Below, piece after piece: positions 9,001-20,414 of a stretch of 64,000 nt of DNA. Positions within the stretch are counted from its first letter, which is position 1; each line of letters opens with the position of its first letter. Source of the stretch: an uncultured Chloroflexia bacterium (lineage in GTDB: Bacteria; Chloroflexota; Anaerolineae; JAAYZQ01); contig CAVOXA010000014.1 in assembly GCA_963700285.1 (NCBI GenBank), positions 960,001 to 1,024,000 on the forward strand. Reading direction: 5' to 3'. The translations under genes were made by a program, and so were the position numbers. Under the pieces are notes generated by a model. It did no database searches, was not told the origin of the DNA, and saw only the letters and a program-made list of their open reading frames with translations.

Positions 9001-10200
9001 ATGGGAAAGGCAAAGTTCGAGCGAACAAAACCACATGTGAACGTGGGCACGATTGGCCACATCGACCACGGCAAAACAACCTTGACCGCGGCTATCACCA
9101 AGACCCTGGGGATGAAGGGCTGGGCCGATTTCCGAGCCTTTGATTCCATTGACAACGCACCTGAGGAAAAAGCCCGCGGCATCACCATCGCCATCGCCCA
9201 CGTCGAGTACGAGACCGAGAACCGGCACTATGCCCACGTCGATTGCCCTGGACACGTCGACTATATCAAGAACATGATCACCGGCGCCGCACAGATGGAT
9301 GGCGCCATCCTGGTCGTGGCTGCTCCTGATGGGCCCATGCCCCAGACCCGCGAGCACGTCTTGCTGGCGCGTCAGGTAGAAGTGCCGGCCATGGTTGTCT
9401 TTTTGAACAAAGTCGACATGATGGACGACCCCGAACTGCTCGAACTGGTCGAGTTGGAGCTTCGCGAGTTGCTCTCCAGCTATGGCTTCCCCGGCGATGA
9501 CATTCCCATCGTCCGCGGCAGCGCCCGCGACGCCCTGGAGAGCACCAGCACAGATCCGAACGCCCCCGAGTATGCTTGCATCTGGGAGCTGATGCGGGTC
9601 GTGGACGAGTACATCCCCACGCCCGAGCGCGAGATCGACAAGCCCTTCTTGATGCCCATTGAGGACGTCTTCAGCATCAAGGGGCGGGGCACCGTGGTCA
9701 CCGGCCGCGTGGACCGGGGCATGATCCATACCATGGACGAAGTCGAGATCATTGGCATCAAAGAGACGGTCAAGACCGTTTGCACCGGGGTGGAGATGTT
9801 CCGCAAGATCCTCGACGAGGGCATGGCCGGGGACAATGTCGGCTGTCTGCTGCGGGGCATAAACCGTGAGGACGTTGAGCGAGGACAGGTGCTGGCCAAG
9901 CCTGGAAGCATCAAGCCGCACACAGAGTTTACAGGTGAGGTATACGTCTTGCGGCGGGACGAGGGCGGCAGGCATACGCCCTTCTTTGCCGGCTACCGGC
10001 CGCAGTTCTACATCGGCACACTGGATGTCACAGGGGCCGTAGAGATGCCGGAAGGCGTAGAGATGGTCATGCCCGGGGACTATGTGAGCCTGGGTGTGAA
10101 GCTGATCGTGCCGGTGGCCCTGGAAGCTGGTTCCCGCTTTGCCATGCGCGAAGGCGGCCGAACCGTTGGCTCGGGTGTCATCACCGAGATTCTGAAATAG
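9001..10200 (+). CDS. tuf: Elongation factor Tu
   Basis: [43 protein letters not shown]. Confidence 0.99.
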   Translation: MGKAKFERTKPHVNVGTIGHIDHGKTTLTAAITKTLGMKGWADFRAFDSIDNAPEEKARGITIAIAHVEYETENRHYAHVDCPGHVDYIKNMITGAAQMDGAILVVAAPDGPMPQTREHVLLARQVEVPAMVVFLNKVDMMDDPELLELVELELRELLSSYGFPGDDIPIVRGSARDALESTSTDPNAPEYACIWELMRVVDEYIPTPEREIDKPFLMPIEDVFSIKGRGTVVTGRVDRGMIHTMDEVEIIGIKETVKTVCTGVEMFRKILDEGMAGDNVGCLLRGINREDVERGQVLAKPGSIKPHTEFTGEVYVLRRDEGGRHTPFFAGYRPQFYIGTLDVTGAVEMPEGVEMVMPGDYVSLGVKLIVPVALEAGSRFAMREGGRTVGSGVITEILK

Positions 10201-10223
10201 AGTAGCTCGTTTTCGAGGGGGCC

Positions 10224-10532
10224 ATGGCCAAGCAGAAGATCAGAATTCGACTCAAGGCTTTCGATCACCGCATACTGGATCAGTCAGCGCGGCAAATCGT
10301 GGATACGGCAGAGCGAACCGGTGCTTATGTAGTTGGGCCGGTGCCATTGCCAACTCGCATCGAGAAATTTACGGTGATCCGTGGGCCCTTTATCGACAAG
10401 GATTCAAGGGAGCAGTTCGAGATCCGAACCCACAAGCGGCTGCTCGATATCGTTGAGCCAGGATCGAAAACGGTTGACCAGCTAATGCGCCTGCAATTGC
10501 CGGCCGGGGTCGACATCGAAATCACGCTTTAA
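10224..10532 (+). CDS. rpsJ: 30S ribosomal protein S10
   Basis: [29 protein letters not shown]. Confidence 0.98.
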   Translation: MAKQKIRIRLKAFDHRILDQSARQIVDTAERTGAYVVGPVPLPTRIEKFTVIRGPFIDKDSREQFEIRTHKRLLDIVEPGSKTVDQLMRLQLPAGVDIEITL

Positions 10533-10707
10533 CAACCGAGAGCATTCAGCGTTTGGCTGTCAGCCGCCGGCATTGATGCGGCTGCAAGCTGAAACCTGAG
10601 AGCCTACGCCATCGAGCTGGCAAGTGTACGGCACAACCAGCCGGCAGACTGCCAGCCTGAAGGGATGATGCGGGCCCGCCTAGCCTGGCAGTCCCTGGGA
10701 GGTAAGA

Positions 10708-11373
10708 ATGAAGAGCATTGTAGGCAAAAAGGTCGGGATGACCCAGATTTTTGATGAGCTGGGGGAAGTCATTCCGGTCACAGTCATCGAAGCTGGTCCT
10801 TGCTTTGTTGCCCAAATCAAAACGGTGGAACGGGATGGCTATGCGGCCGTTCAATTGGGTTTTGAAGAAACGAAACCCAAGCACCTGACCAAGCCCCAGT
10901 TGCAGCATCTGCAAAAGAGCAATCTATCGGCACTGCGCCACCTGCGAGAGTTCCGGATGAGTCCGGATGACATCGCTGGCTTTGAGCTGGAAGAAGGCCA
11001 GAAGGTGACGGTTGATGTCTTTGATGCAGGCGAGTATGTCGACATAGTCGGGACCACGAAAGGCCGAGGATTCGCCGGCGTGGTGAAGCGACATGGCTTT
11101 GGTGGGGGTCCCAAGACCCATGGCCAGTCCGACAGGACGCGCACCCCAGGTTCAATTGGAGCATGCACCACGCCAGGGCGTGTCTTCAAGGGCAAACGAA
11201 TGCCCGGGCGGATGGGTGGTGATCGCGTCACCGTTCAGGCATTGAAGGTGATGTTGGTGGATCCGGAACGGAACCTGCTGGTGGTGCAGGGAGCAGTGCC
11301 TGGAGCGAAAAATGGATTGCTGATGATTCGGCAGGCGCGCAAGACACGACTGCTGAAGAAGGTGCGCAAATAG
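10708..11373 (+). CDS. rplC: 50S ribosomal protein L3
   Basis: [36 protein letters not shown]. Confidence 0.98.
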   Translation: MKSIVGKKVGMTQIFDELGEVIPVTVIEAGPCFVAQIKTVERDGYAAVQLGFEETKPKHLTKPQLQHLQKSNLSALRHLREFRMSPDDIAGFELEEGQKVTVDVFDAGEYVDIVGTTKGRGFAGVVKRHGFGGGPKTHGQSDRTRTPGSIGACTTPGRVFKGKRMPGRMGGDRVTVQALKVMLVDPERNLLVVQGAVPGAKNGLLMIRQARKTRLLKKVRK

Positions 11374-11417
11374 TCCCGGGCAAGACCCATCAGGGATCCG
11401 ATGAGGAGTAGTGGCAA

Positions 11418-12062
11418 ATGGAAGTGCCTGTCTATAATACACAGGGTGAGCAGGTAGGCGAAGCCGAGTTGAGAGCTGACATTTTCGACGTGCCAGTCAA
11501 CCAGGCGTTGATGCACCAAGCATTGGTGCGCCAGATGGCCAACGCGCACTTGGGGACGCACAAGACCAAAACACGTAGTGAGGTCCGGGGAGGTGGTCGG
11601 AAGCCTTGGCGGCAAAAGGGTACCGGCCGTGCCCGCCAGGGGAGCATCCGGTCCCCTCAGTGGCGAGGCGGAGGGACCGTTTTTGGGCCAACCCCGCGCA
11701 GCTACCGCCAAAAGATGCCGCGCAAGATGCGACGCCAGGCTCTGCGCTCTGTTCTGTCAGTCAAAGCAGCCGCGTCACAGGTAGTATTGCTCGATACCCT
11801 GGAGATGGCGGAACCAAGGACAAAGCAAGTCATGGGCGCCCTGCGGAATCTAGGGATCGATTCGTCGGCCTTGATCTTGTTGCCTCAGCGTGACGAGGTC
11901 ATTCTACGTTCGGTGCGCAACCTACCAAAGGTCCAGACGCTGGTCGCACAGTACCTCAACGTGAGGGACCTGCTCAAGTTTGATTACATCCTGGTGCCGC
12001 TGGCTTCCTTGGAAGTGATCGAAGGGATTTTAGGCCAGGATCGGGTTCACGCATCAGATTGA
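11418..12062 (+). CDS. rplD: 50S ribosomal protein L4
   Basis: TKTRSEVRGGGRKPWRQKGTGRAR. Confidence 0.98.
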   Translation: MEVPVYNTQGEQVGEAELRADIFDVPVNQALMHQALVRQMANAHLGTHKTKTRSEVRGGGRKPWRQKGTGRARQGSIRSPQWRGGGTVFGPTPRSYRQKMPRKMRRQALRSVLSVKAAASQVVLLDTLEMAEPRTKQVMGALRNLGIDSSALILLPQRDEVILRSVRNLPKVQTLVAQYLNVRDLLKFDYILVPLASLEVIEGILGQDRVHASD

Positions 12063-12085
12063 ATCCGGGTGCAGGGAGAGGTGTT

Positions 12086-12376
12086 ATGCACATCTATCAG
12101 GTCTTGAAACGGCCGATACTGACGGAAAAGACAGATCTTCAGCGCGAAGAAAACCAATACGTTTTTGAGGTGGACCGCCGAGCCAACAAGCTCCAGGTCA
12201 AAGAGGCAGTCCAAACGGTTTTTGACGTGGAGGTCATGTCCGTGAACACCATGATCATGAAGCCAAAACGACGGAAACTGGGGCGCAAGACCATCACTAC
12301 ACGGCCTGTTTGGAAGAGGGCGGTTGTAACGTTGGCGCCGGGAGAGCGGATCCAGGACTTTTTCGAAGGGATTTAA
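12086..12376 (+). CDS. rplW: 50S ribosomal protein L23
   Basis: RPILTEK, YVFEV...ANKLQVKEAV, WKRAVVTL; ATG 12086 after GAGGTG. Confidence 0.97.
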   Translation: MHIYQVLKRPILTEKTDLQREENQYVFEVDRRANKLQVKEAVQTVFDVEVMSVNTMIMKPKRRKLGRKTITTRPVWKRAVVTLAPGERIQDFFEGI

Positions 12377-12462
12377 GAGTCCGAGGTTGAGCGTTGGACG
12401 TTCGAGGTCCAAGCTTGTCGAACAGCGGGCATCGAACATCGCACTGCGGACAGGAGTAAGAG

Positions 12463-13297
12463 ATGCCGATCAAAGTCTATAAACCTACATCGCCGGGTCG
12501 GCGGGGAATGAGCGTCTCCTCCTTTGAGGAGATTACCCGCTCAAAGCCTGAAAAGGCGCTGCTCCGCCCCATGAAGAAGAGATCCGGGCGCAATTTCCGG
12601 GGAAAAATCACCGTCCGGCACCACGGCGGAGGCCACAAACGTCGCTACCGCGTTGTTGATTTCAAGCGTGACAAGGCTGGTGTTCCTGGACGTGTGGATT
12701 CGGTCGAGTACGATCCCAACCGCTCGGCCCGGATCGCCCTAGTGGCTTACGTTGACGGAGAAAAGCGATACATCATTGCCCCGGTAGGCCTCAAAGTGGG
12801 TGACATGGTCATGTCAGGGGCAGATTCCGAGATTCGAGTGGGCAGCGCCCTGCCAATTGTGAATATCCCTGTAGGCACGACCATCCACAATATCGAGTTG
12901 CACATCGGCAAAGGTGGCCAGTTGGTTCGTGCAGCAGGTACCTCAGCCCAGCTATTGGCCAAAGAAGGTCGCTACGCGCACATCCGATTGCCATCGGGTG
13001 AGGTCCGGCTGGTGAACGTTCAGTGCATGGCCACCATCGGCCAGGTGGGCAACACAGATCATGGGAACATTAAACTGGGCAAGGCAGGACGGACAGCGCT
13101 GGCTTGGGATCCGCCCATCGGTTCGAGGTTCGGCCATGGATCCAGCTTCCCACCCACATGGGGGCGGTGAAGGTAGGTCGCCCATCGGTATGCCCGGTCC
13201 AAAGTCGCCGTGGGGCAAGCCCACTCTGGGCAAAAAGACCCGACGCAACAAATCCACTGACAAGTGGATCGTGCGGCGACGACGGAAGAAACGGTAA
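12463..13297 (+). CDS. rplB: 50S ribosomal protein L2 (apparent +1 frameshift near 13091-13093, probably a sequencing error)
   Basis: N-terminal part in ORF 12463-13170 up to KAGR; conserved C-terminus [11 protein letters not shown]...HPHGGGEG...PWGKPT in the next frame. Confidence 0.95.
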
Positions 13298-13366
13298 TCA
13301 CGCAGCGCGGAACAATGCATTGAGCAGGATCGAGCGCAGGTCGTACAACCGGCGTGGAGGTAAAAG

Positions 13367-13657
13367 ATGTCGAGATCACTGAAAAAGGGACCGTACGTGA
13401 GTCCCAAGCTGCTGCACCGGATCGAGGAGATGAACCGGCCTGGCGTGCCCCGGCGGGTCGTCAAAACCTGGTCGCGGGCTTCGACTATCTTCCCGCAAAT
13501 GGTAGGCCACACGATAGCCGTGCACGATGGACGGCGTCACGTGCCAATCTATATCAGCGAGAATATGGTTGGCCACAAGCTGGGCGAGTTCGCACCGACT
13601 CGGACCTTCCGGGGGCATTCCAGGAAGGAAAGAACAACGCGAGTGCGGAGAGTATAG
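13367..13657 (+). CDS. rpsS: 30S ribosomal protein S19
   Basis: [29 protein letters not shown]. Confidence 0.98.
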   Translation: MSRSLKKGPYVSPKLLHRIEEMNRPGVPRRVVKTWSRASTIFPQMVGHTIAVHDGRRHVPIYISENMVGHKLGEFAPTRTFRGHSRKERTTRVRRV

Positions 13658-13667
13658 GGGGGCAGGT

Positions 13668-14024
13668 ATGGAAGATTTTGAGGTCCGAGCCCAACACCGT
13701 TTTGTACCCCAGTCACCGCGCAAGGTGCGCCTCGTCGTCGATAGCGTGCGGGGCATGGACGCGGAGGAGGCTTTGGGCGTTTTGAATCTGATGCCCCATC
13801 GGGCCGCCACTTCGGTGTACAAACTGGTCAAGTCGGCCGTGGCGAACGCTGAGAACAATTTTGGGATGGCAGCCGAAGATCTGTATATCGCGAGCATCTC
13901 TGCTGATGGCGGTCCTACTCGCCGTTGGCGCCGATTTGGAGCGCGCGGCAGGTTCAAGCCAATCCTGAAGCGATCGTCACACATCACTGTGATTCTGCGA
14001 GAACGAACGTCAACCGAGTTCTAG
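13668..14024 (+). CDS. rplV: 50S ribosomal protein L22
   Basis: [21 protein letters not shown]...[10 protein letters not shown]. Confidence 0.97.
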   Translation: MEDFEVRAQHRFVPQSPRKVRLVVDSVRGMDAEEALGVLNLMPHRAATSVYKLVKSAVANAENNFGMAAEDLYIASISADGGPTRRWRRFGARGRFKPILKRSSHITVILRERTSTEF

Positions 14025-14034
14025 GGGGGACTGC

Positions 14035-14700
14035 ATGGGGCGAAAGGTACATCCTTACGGCTTCAGGCTAGGATACATCAAGGACTGGAAAGCTCGCTGG
14101 TACGCGGAGAAGGAAGAATACGCTGACCTGCTGGCTGAGGACCTAAAGATACGCAAGCTCATCCGCAAGGATGTGGGTCACGCCGGCATCTCGGACATCG
14201 AGATCGAGCGATTCCCAAAGGCGCGCCAGGTGTCGGTCAAAGTCTGGACTGCCAAGCCGGGCATTGTCATCGGGCGGAAAGGGGCCAACGTCAACACCTT
14301 GCGCAAGGACCTGGAAACTCTGACGAGCAAGAAAATCCACGTGGATGTGGAAGAGGTAGAGCGACCCGAGTTGAATGCCTTCCTGGTGGCCGAGGGAATC
14401 GCCCAGCAGATTGAGCGGCGGATCTCGCACAAGCGCGCCATGAGTCAGGCAATTCAGCGAGCCATACGATTCGGCGCACAGGGAGCCATGGTAACTTGCG
14501 CGGGGCGCTTGTTCGGTTCAGAGATGGCTCGTCGCGAGACAATCCGTGAGGGACGAGTCCCTCGCCACACGCTGCGCGCCAACATCGATTATGCCCAGGC
14601 CGAGTCCTTGACGACCTTTGGCCGCATTGGCATCAAGGTCTGGATCTATACAGGAGATGTGTTGCCGGAGCGGGAGATCGAAGAAACGGTTAGCGCCTAG
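14035..14700 (+). CDS. rpsC: 30S ribosomal protein S3
   Basis: [32 protein letters not shown]. Confidence 0.98.
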   Translation: MGRKVHPYGFRLGYIKDWKARWYAEKEEYADLLAEDLKIRKLIRKDVGHAGISDIEIERFPKARQVSVKVWTAKPGIVIGRKGANVNTLRKDLETLTSKKIHVDVEEVERPELNAFLVAEGIAQQIERRISHKRAMSQAIQRAIRFGAQGAMVTCAGRLFGSEMARRETIREGRVPRHTLRANIDYAQAESLTTFGRIGIKVWIYTGDVLPEREIEETVSA

Positions 14701-14837
14701 ACGGGTGACCGTGGGTGTCGGCAGCAGCCAGCCTGCTTTGGCAGTCGCAAAGCAGTTGGGTCTTCGGTTAAAGATCCAAGCTGACAGATACTACCGACAA
14801 GGACCAAAGGTCCGGCTGCAACACGGGAGAGTGTGTC

Positions 14838-15266
14838 ATGTTGATGCCAAAACGTACAAAGTATCGTAAGGCACATCGAGGACGGATGAAGGGCAAAGCC
14901 GGTCGCGGCAATACCCTTTCTTTTGGCAACTATGGTCTCCAAGCGATGGAACCATGCTGGATGACCAGTCGCCAGATTGAAGCAGCACGCCGGGCCATCG
15001 TGCGCCACGTGAAGCGCGGCGGAAAGCTCTGGATCCGGGTCTTTCCTGACAAACCAGTGACTGCCAAGCCGGCGGAGACGCGCATGGGAGCCGGAAAGGG
15101 TGCAGTGGATCACTGGGTGGCCGTGATAAAACCTGGGCGGATGATTTTTGAGATGTCAGGTGTTCAGGAAGACCTCGCGCGTGAGGCAATGCGGTTGGCC
15201 TCTCACAAATTGCCCATCAAGACTCAGTTCGTCACCCGCCAGGAAATAGTTGGAGGGACAGGATGA
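14838..15266 (+). CDS. rplP: 50S ribosomal protein L16
   Basis: [36 protein letters not shown]. Confidence 0.98.
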   Translation: MLMPKRTKYRKAHRGRMKGKAGRGNTLSFGNYGLQAMEPCWMTSRQIEAARRAIVRHVKRGGKLWIRVFPDKPVTAKPAETRMGAGKGAVDHWVAVIKPGRMIFEMSGVQEDLAREAMRLASHKLPIKTQFVTRQEIVGGTG

Positions 15267-15478
15267 AATCGCGGGAAATCTGGGAAATGACGCCAGAGGA
15301 GATCCAAGTCAAGTTGGACGACGCTTACGCTGAAATGTTCAACCTTAGGTTCCAATTCTCCACTGGCCAAATGCGGAATAGTGCCCGTCTGGGTCAGATG
15401 CGCCGAGAGGTGGCCCGGTTGAACACCGTTCTCAGGGCGAAAGAGATAAGACGCATGCGAGAGCAGGAGACAGAATGA
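15263..15478 (+). CDS. rpmC: 50S ribosomal protein L29
   Basis: [19 protein letters not shown]; syntenic position. Confidence 0.95.
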   Translation: MKSREIWEMTPEEIQVKLDDAYAEMFNLRFQFSTGQMRNSARLGQMRREVARLNTVLRAKEIRRMREQETE

Positions 15479-15741
15479 CGGAAGGCTCACGGTCCTACGA
15501 AAACCGCAAGGCCCTGGTTGGTCGTGTACTGAGCAACCGGATGGATAAGACAGTGGTCGTCCTGGTGGAACGGCGCCAACGGCATCGGCTCTACGGCAAA
15601 GTGATCACCTTGCGAAAGAAGCTCAAGGCGCACGATGGCGAAAATGCCTGTCAGATCGGCGACCTGGTCAAGATTGTCGAGTCGCGTCCCATGAGCAAGG
15701 AAAAGCGTTGGCTTGTTACCGAGATCTTGAACCAGAGTTGA
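15475..15741 (+). CDS. rpsQ: 30S ribosomal protein S17
   Basis: SNRMDKTVVV, AHD, ESRPMSKEKRW. Confidence 0.97.
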   Translation: MTEGSRSYENRKALVGRVLSNRMDKTVVVLVERRQRHRLYGKVITLRKKLKAHDGENACQIGDLVKIVESRPMSKEKRWLVTEILNQS

Positions 15742-15906
15742 TCTTTGGGATGAGGGCTTGTCGTCGCGCACCATCCGGATGCTTTGGCAAGGGTGCCCTC
15801 TTTGGGGCGGGGTTTGCGACGCACCGTCCGATCTTGGGACCAGTCTAGGGTAGCAGCAGCCCCTGGTTCCCTACAAGGCGAGCAGGGGGAAGGCTGGAGG
15901 AGAACG

Positions 15907-16275
15907 ATGATTCAGCAAGAGAGCCGGCTTAAAGTTGCCGATAATACCGGGGGCAAGGTAGTACTCTGTATCCGTGTCTTGGGTGGCTCGACGCGGCAGT
16001 ATGGGGGTGTGGGTGATGTGATTGTTGCTACGGTCAAGAGTGCCGCCCCGGGAGGATCTGTCAAAAAGGGAGACGTGGTCCAAGCGGTGATCGTGCGCAC
16101 GGCCAAAGAGGTACATCGGCGCGATGGTTCCTACATCAAATTCGATGACAACGCCGCCGTGATCTTGGACCAGGCAAGGAATCCAAAGGGAACACGTATC
16201 TTTGGCCCGGTGGCCCGTGAGCTTCGCGAGCTCGGGTTCATGAAGATCGTGTCACTGGCCCCCGAGGTATTGTGA
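15907..16275 (+). CDS. rplN: 50S ribosomal protein L14
   Basis: [35 protein letters not shown]. Confidence 0.98.
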   Translation: MIQQESRLKVADNTGGKVVLCIRVLGGSTRQYGGVGDVIVATVKSAAPGGSVKKGDVVQAVIVRTAKEVHRRDGSYIKFDDNAAVILDQARNPKGTRIFGPVARELRELGFMKIVSLAPEVL

Positions 16276-16295
16276 CCGGAGCTGGAGAGTGAAAC

Positions 16296-16682
16296 ATGGA
16301 ACGGATCAAGAGGGGTGATACAGTTGAAATCATCGCCGGCAGGGATGCAGCCGCTTCCCGGCGCGAGGGGAAAAAGCTGCTGGGCACGGTGCACAGAGTG
16401 ATTCGAGGCTACGAGATCGACCGCTTTCGCCGGAAAGTGAAGCGGGATCACAGCAAGGATCGCGTCGTAGTCCAGGGCGTCAATCTCATCGTCAAACACC
16501 AGCGCCGCACGGGCGACGTGAGAACGCAGGTAGGGCGGATCGAGCGAGAAGGGCCCATCCACAGTTCAAACGTAATGTTGGTCTGCCCCTCGTGCAAAGA
16601 GGCTACTCGAGTGGGTTTTCGAGTCTTTGATGATGGCTCCAGAGCCCGGTACTGCAAGCGCTGTGACGAGGCGATAGATTAG
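16296..16682 (+). CDS. rplX: 50S ribosomal protein L24 (with insertions and CxxC pairs)
   Basis: IKRGDTVEIIAG KOW start, VVVQGVN, EGPIHSSNV, CPSC...CKRC. Confidence 0.95.
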   Translation: MERIKRGDTVEIIAGRDAAASRREGKKLLGTVHRVIRGYEIDRFRRKVKRDHSKDRVVVQGVNLIVKHQRRTGDVRTQVGRIEREGPIHSSNVMLVCPSCKEATRVGFRVFDDGSRARYCKRCDEAID

Positions 16683-16715
16683 CCCTCTGACCAGGGGCAA
16701 AGTGGGAGCTGACGG

Positions 16716-17258
16716 ATGCCAAGATTGAAGGATCTATATCGCGAGCACGTGGTACCAACCCTGCAGAAAGAGTTGGGCTATCAGAACATTATGCAGGTAC
16801 CGCGCATGGAAAAGATCGTCGTGAACGTGGGACTGGGTGAGGCTCTGCAGAACGCCAGGGCACTGGATGCCGCGGTACAGGATATCACCACCATAACGGG
16901 ACAAAGGCCCATCGTCACGCGGGCACGAAAATCCATTGCGGTCTTTAAGCTGAGGGAGGGCAACCCCATTGGCGCAAAGGTAACCCTGCGCGGCAATCGG
17001 ATGTGGGATTTTCTGGATCGCCTGTGCAGTATCGCCCTCCCACGCCAGCGTGACTTTCGGGGACTTTCGCCCGACTCGTTCGATGGCCGCGGAAATTATA
17101 GCCTGGGTCTAAGAGAGCAATTGATCTTCCCCGAGATTGACTACGACTCGATTGACAAGATCCGGGGCTTTGAGGTCACCATCGTGACCACGGCCAATAC
17201 CGATGAAGAAGGACTTCAACTGCTGAAACATCTGGGGATGCCCTTTGGCAGTGGTTGA
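16716..17258 (+). CDS. rplE: 50S ribosomal protein L5
   Basis: [35 protein letters not shown]. Confidence 0.98.
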   Translation: MPRLKDLYREHVVPTLQKELGYQNIMQVPRMEKIVVNVGLGEALQNARALDAAVQDITTITGQRPIVTRARKSIAVFKLREGNPIGAKVTLRGNRMWDFLDRLCSIALPRQRDFRGLSPDSFDGRGNYSLGLREQLIFPEIDYDSIDKIRGFEVTIVTTANTDEEGLQLLKHLGMPFGSG

Positions 17259-17344
17259 GCCGTTGCAGTCACAGCTCTCTGGCCCGATGGCTCAGTCGGG
17301 TTCTGAGGACGACAGGGCGGACAGTCACAGTTTGAGGAGGAAAT

Positions 17345-17527
17345 GTGGCAAAGACAAGCATGATTGTGCGGGAAACAAGACGCAAGTATCCTACCAGGGT
17401 ACGAAACCGGTGTACGCGGTGTGGCCGGCCTAGAGGATACATGCGACGATTCAAGCTGTGCCGTATCTGTTTCCGCGAACTGGCCAATCAGGGCATGATC
17501 CCTGGGGTAGTCAAGTCCAGCTGGTAG
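17345..17527 (+). CDS. rpsN: 30S ribosomal protein S14 type Z
   Basis: CTRCGRPR...LCRICFR zinc form; GTG start after GAGGAGG. Confidence 0.97.
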   Translation: MAKTSMIVRETRRKYPTRVRNRCTRCGRPRGYMRRFKLCRICFRELANQGMIPGVVKSSW

Positions 17528-17675
17528 CCATTGCTGGCCGCCAAGGGTGGGGATACGAGAGGGCTTGAGAGTCTCAACGGCGACCAAAGAGCAGGCATGC
17601 CCCGAATGCTTTGGGGCAGCGGCACTCAAGTGGAGTGAACAGGACTCCCAGAGTCGATTAGAAGTGAGGTGACGT

Positions 17676-18074
17676 ATGCTGGTAACCGATCCGATTGCTG
17701 ACATGCTGACCAGGATCCGCAACGGGCTGATGGTACGGAAACCCTTTGTGCTGATACCCAGTTCCAAGATCAAAGTGGCCATTGCACAGATTCTACTGGA
17801 AGAAGGGTACATCCAGGGGTATGAAGTGACGAACGAACGACCGCAGCCCAATATTCGGGTATGGTTGAAATACGACGAGAAGCGGCGGTCAGTTGTGGCT
17901 GCCCTGGAACGCGTGAGCAGACCCGGCCGGCGGGTATACAAGGGCAAGCAAGAACTCCCATGGGTCCTGAGTGGCCTGGGGATCGCCATTGTGAGTACCC
18001 CAAAAGGAGTAATGACGGGCCGGAAGGCCCGACGCCTGGGTGTAGGCGGCGAAGTCCTTTGTTATGTGTGGTAG
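17676..18074 (+). CDS. rpsH: 30S ribosomal protein S8
   Basis: [29 protein letters not shown]. Confidence 0.98.
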   Translation: MLVTDPIADMLTRIRNGLMVRKPFVLIPSSKIKVAIAQILLEEGYIQGYEVTNERPQPNIRVWLKYDEKRRSVVAALERVSRPGRRVYKGKQELPWVLSGLGIAIVSTPKGVMTGRKARRLGVGGEVLCYVW

Positions 18075-18083
18075 GGGGAAATC

Positions 18084-18635
18084 ATGTCTCGCATTGGCTT
18101 GAAAACCATCGCTTTGCCGGATAAAGTGCAAGTTGACGTTCAGGAAACCCGCGTGAAGGTTAAGGGTCCAAAGGGTGAGTTGATCCGGTCCTTCCATCCC
18201 GACATGGATGTTGTGTTGGAGGATGGGATTCTCCGGGTCCAACGACCGACCGATCACCGTACGCACAAAGCATTGCACGGGCTGACCCGATCTTTGCTGG
18301 CAAACATGGTGACGGGTGTATCGGAAGGATATGCCAAGACCTTGGAGATTGTGGGAACCGGATACCGGGCCGAGTTGCAGGGCGAAAAACTGATACTGCA
18401 CCTGGGGTATTCCCACCCTATCGAGTTCGAAGCCCCGGCTGACATCAGTTTTGAGGTGCCGAGGGGCGGGCGATCTGTGATAGTCCAGGGCATCGACAAA
18501 GAGGTGGTGGGCGAAATAGCGGCTCGTATTCGACGGCAGCGCCCCCCAGAACCTTACAAGGGCAAGGGAGTCCGCTATCAGGACGAGTACGTGCGGCGCA
18601 AAGCTGGCAAGGCCGGCCGGACCGGTAAGGGTTAG
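18084..18635 (+). CDS. rplF: 50S ribosomal protein L6
   Basis: MSRIG, GPKG, LGYSHP, PEPYKGKG. Confidence 0.98.
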   Translation: MSRIGLKTIALPDKVQVDVQETRVKVKGPKGELIRSFHPDMDVVLEDGILRVQRPTDHRTHKALHGLTRSLLANMVTGVSEGYAKTLEIVGTGYRAELQGEKLILHLGYSHPIEFEAPADISFEVPRGGRSVIVQGIDKEVVGEIAARIRRQRPPEPYKGKGVRYQDEYVRRKAGKAGRTGKG

Positions 18636-18649
18636 GGGCAGAGAGAATC

Positions 18650-19019
18650 ATGGACAAAGCAAAAGAGAAGCGCATGGCGCGCAAACGTCGCCATGCCCGT
18701 GTGCGGAAACGGGTATACGGTACCGTCGGAGCGCCCCCGATTGAACGTGTTTCGGAGCCTGAAGCACATTCATGCCCAGGTAATTGATGATACACAGGGT
18801 CATACCTTGGTGGCAGTCTCCACGATGGACCAGGATGTGAGGGCTGAATTGGCAGACAAGGCCAAGATCGGCCAAGCGGAGACTGTGGGAGAAGTGCTCG
18901 CCAAACGGGCACTGGCTGCAGGGATCACGCAGGTCGTCTTTGACCGCGGCGGCTATCAATATCATGGCCGGGTCAAAGCCCTGGCTGAAGCGGCGCGTGA
19001 GGGCGGTTTGGAGTTCTAG
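18650..19019 (+). CDS. rplR: 50S ribosomal protein L18 (apparent +1 frameshift near 18723-18725, probably a sequencing error)
   Basis: ATG 18650 gives [25 protein letters not shown]; [10 protein letters not shown]...[26 protein letters not shown] continues in the next frame. Confidence 0.95.
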
Positions 19020-19123
19020 GATCACTGGCAAGGATGGTATCCTTTTGCTCTTCCCGAGATGGAACGATGCAGTCGGTGTGGAGCAAATCGAAAGAAAGCT
19101 GGTGATCTGGACAACGTGGAGGG

Positions 19124-19678
19124 ATGATGGGCCGTAGACAGGATAGAGGCGGAAGAGGCCGAGAACAAGAAGGCGACGGACTCGACGAGCGAGTCGTACA
19201 CATCGCCCGGACCGCAAAGGTAGTCAAGGGCGGCCGGCGCTTTGCCTTTCGCGCGGTCGTGATCGTTGGGGACAATAACGGCAGCGTGGGCGTGGGCGTG
19301 GGCAAGGCAAGGCAAGTGCCCGAAGCCATTCGCAAAGGGTCCGAACGAGCCAGAAAGAACATGACCTTGGTTCCGCTGACCGGAACAACAATTCCCCACG
19401 AGGTTACGACTCGCTACAGCGCAGCCAAGGTGATGCTAAAGCCTGCCTCGCCTGGGACAGGCGTCATTGCAGGCGGCGGCGTACGCGCAGTTGTAGAAGC
19501 GGCTGGTATCAAAGACATACTTACCAAGTCGCTGGGCAGCGCCAACATCCTCAACGTCGTACAGGCAACGATGCAGGCACTGCAGGAACTGCAGGATCCG
19601 GCCATCGTGGCGGAACGGCGAGGGGTGCCGATAGACAGAGCCCTGCCTTTCTGGATGCGGGGGGACGCTCATGAGTGA
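19124..19678 (+). CDS. rpsE: 30S ribosomal protein S5
   Basis: [28 protein letters not shown]. Confidence 0.98.
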   Translation: MMGRRQDRGGRGREQEGDGLDERVVHIARTAKVVKGGRRFAFRAVVIVGDNNGSVGVGVGKARQVPEAIRKGSERARKNMTLVPLTGTTIPHEVTTRYSAAKVMLKPASPGTGVIAGGGVRAVVEAAGIKDILTKSLGSANILNVVQATMQALQELQDPAIVAERRGVPIDRALPFWMRGDAHE

Positions 19679-19886
19679 TCGCAGGAAAGCCACGTCTGAG
19701 GGCAAGTTGCGGATCACCTGGGTCAAAAGCAGCATAGGCTATTCGCGCCGGCAAAAGGGCACGATCCGCGCATTGGGCCTCCACCGATTGGGGGATGTCG
19801 TCGAGCAAGATGACACGCCAGTAATCCGTGGCATGGTGGACAAGGTCGGGCACCTGATACACGTGGATGAGCCCGAAAAGAAGTAA
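19671..19886 (+). CDS. rpmD: 50S ribosomal protein L30
   Basis: [27 protein letters not shown]. Confidence 0.97.
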   Translation: MSDRRKATSEGKLRITWVKSSIGYSRRQKGTIRALGLHRLGDVVEQDDTPVIRGMVDKVGHLIHVDEPEKK

Positions 19887-19934
19887 GGGGATCCTTCAGA
19901 TCCCCCCAGGCTTAGCTTAGTGGGATGGGCAAAA

Positions 19935-20408
19935 ATGCAGCTACATGACTTGCATTCCCCGAAAGGGACAAGAAAACGACGCAAGCGAGTTGGACGAGGG
20001 ATCGCTGCCGGACAGGGCAAGACAGCGGGACGGGGTACCAAGGGACAAGGGGCTCGCGCTGGCGGCGGTAAAGGGCCTTACTTTGAGGGTGGTCAGTTGC
20101 CTTTGGTGCGGCGCCTGCCCTTCAAGAGGGGTTTTACCAACGTCTTTCGAGTAGACTATGTACCTGTCAATCTATACCGCCTAGATGGCTTTGTGACCCA
20201 TGAAGAAGTCACACCTCAGGCACTGGCCGCGGCGGGGATCATCAAGGCAGAATCCCTACCTGTCGCCATCCTGGGCAACGGAGAGATTGACAGGCCTTTG
20301 GTTGTCAAGGCCCACCGGTTCTCGGCTAGCGCCCGTGCCAAGATCGAAAAGGCAGGTGGCTCTGTCGAAGAGTTGCCGTGGGACGTGAAACGCGGCCGAA
20401 GGGGGTAG
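19935..20408 (+). CDS. rplO: 50S ribosomal protein L15
   Basis: RVGRG..AGQGKTAGRGTKGQ, FEGGQLPL.RRLP. Confidence 0.98.
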   Translation: MQLHDLHSPKGTRKRRKRVGRGIAAGQGKTAGRGTKGQGARAGGGKGPYFEGGQLPLVRRLPFKRGFTNVFRVDYVPVNLYRLDGFVTHEEVTPQALAAAGIIKAESLPVAILGNGEIDRPLVVKAHRFSASARAKIEKAGGSVEELPWDVKRGRRG

Positions 20409-20414
20409 GGATCC

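Noticed and set aside
8659-9975. 438-aa antisense ORF over tuf, and other long shadow ORFs (e.g. 23485-24732, 32463-33833, 41176-41955)
   Set aside because: These are antisense mirrors of genes with strong codon bias in a GC-rich genome and have no recognisable motifs.
12463-19019. rplB and rplR as true pseudogenes or programmed frameshifts
   Set aside because: Both are essential, fully conserved on either side of a single extra base, and lack a slippery heptamer; sequencing error is much more likely.
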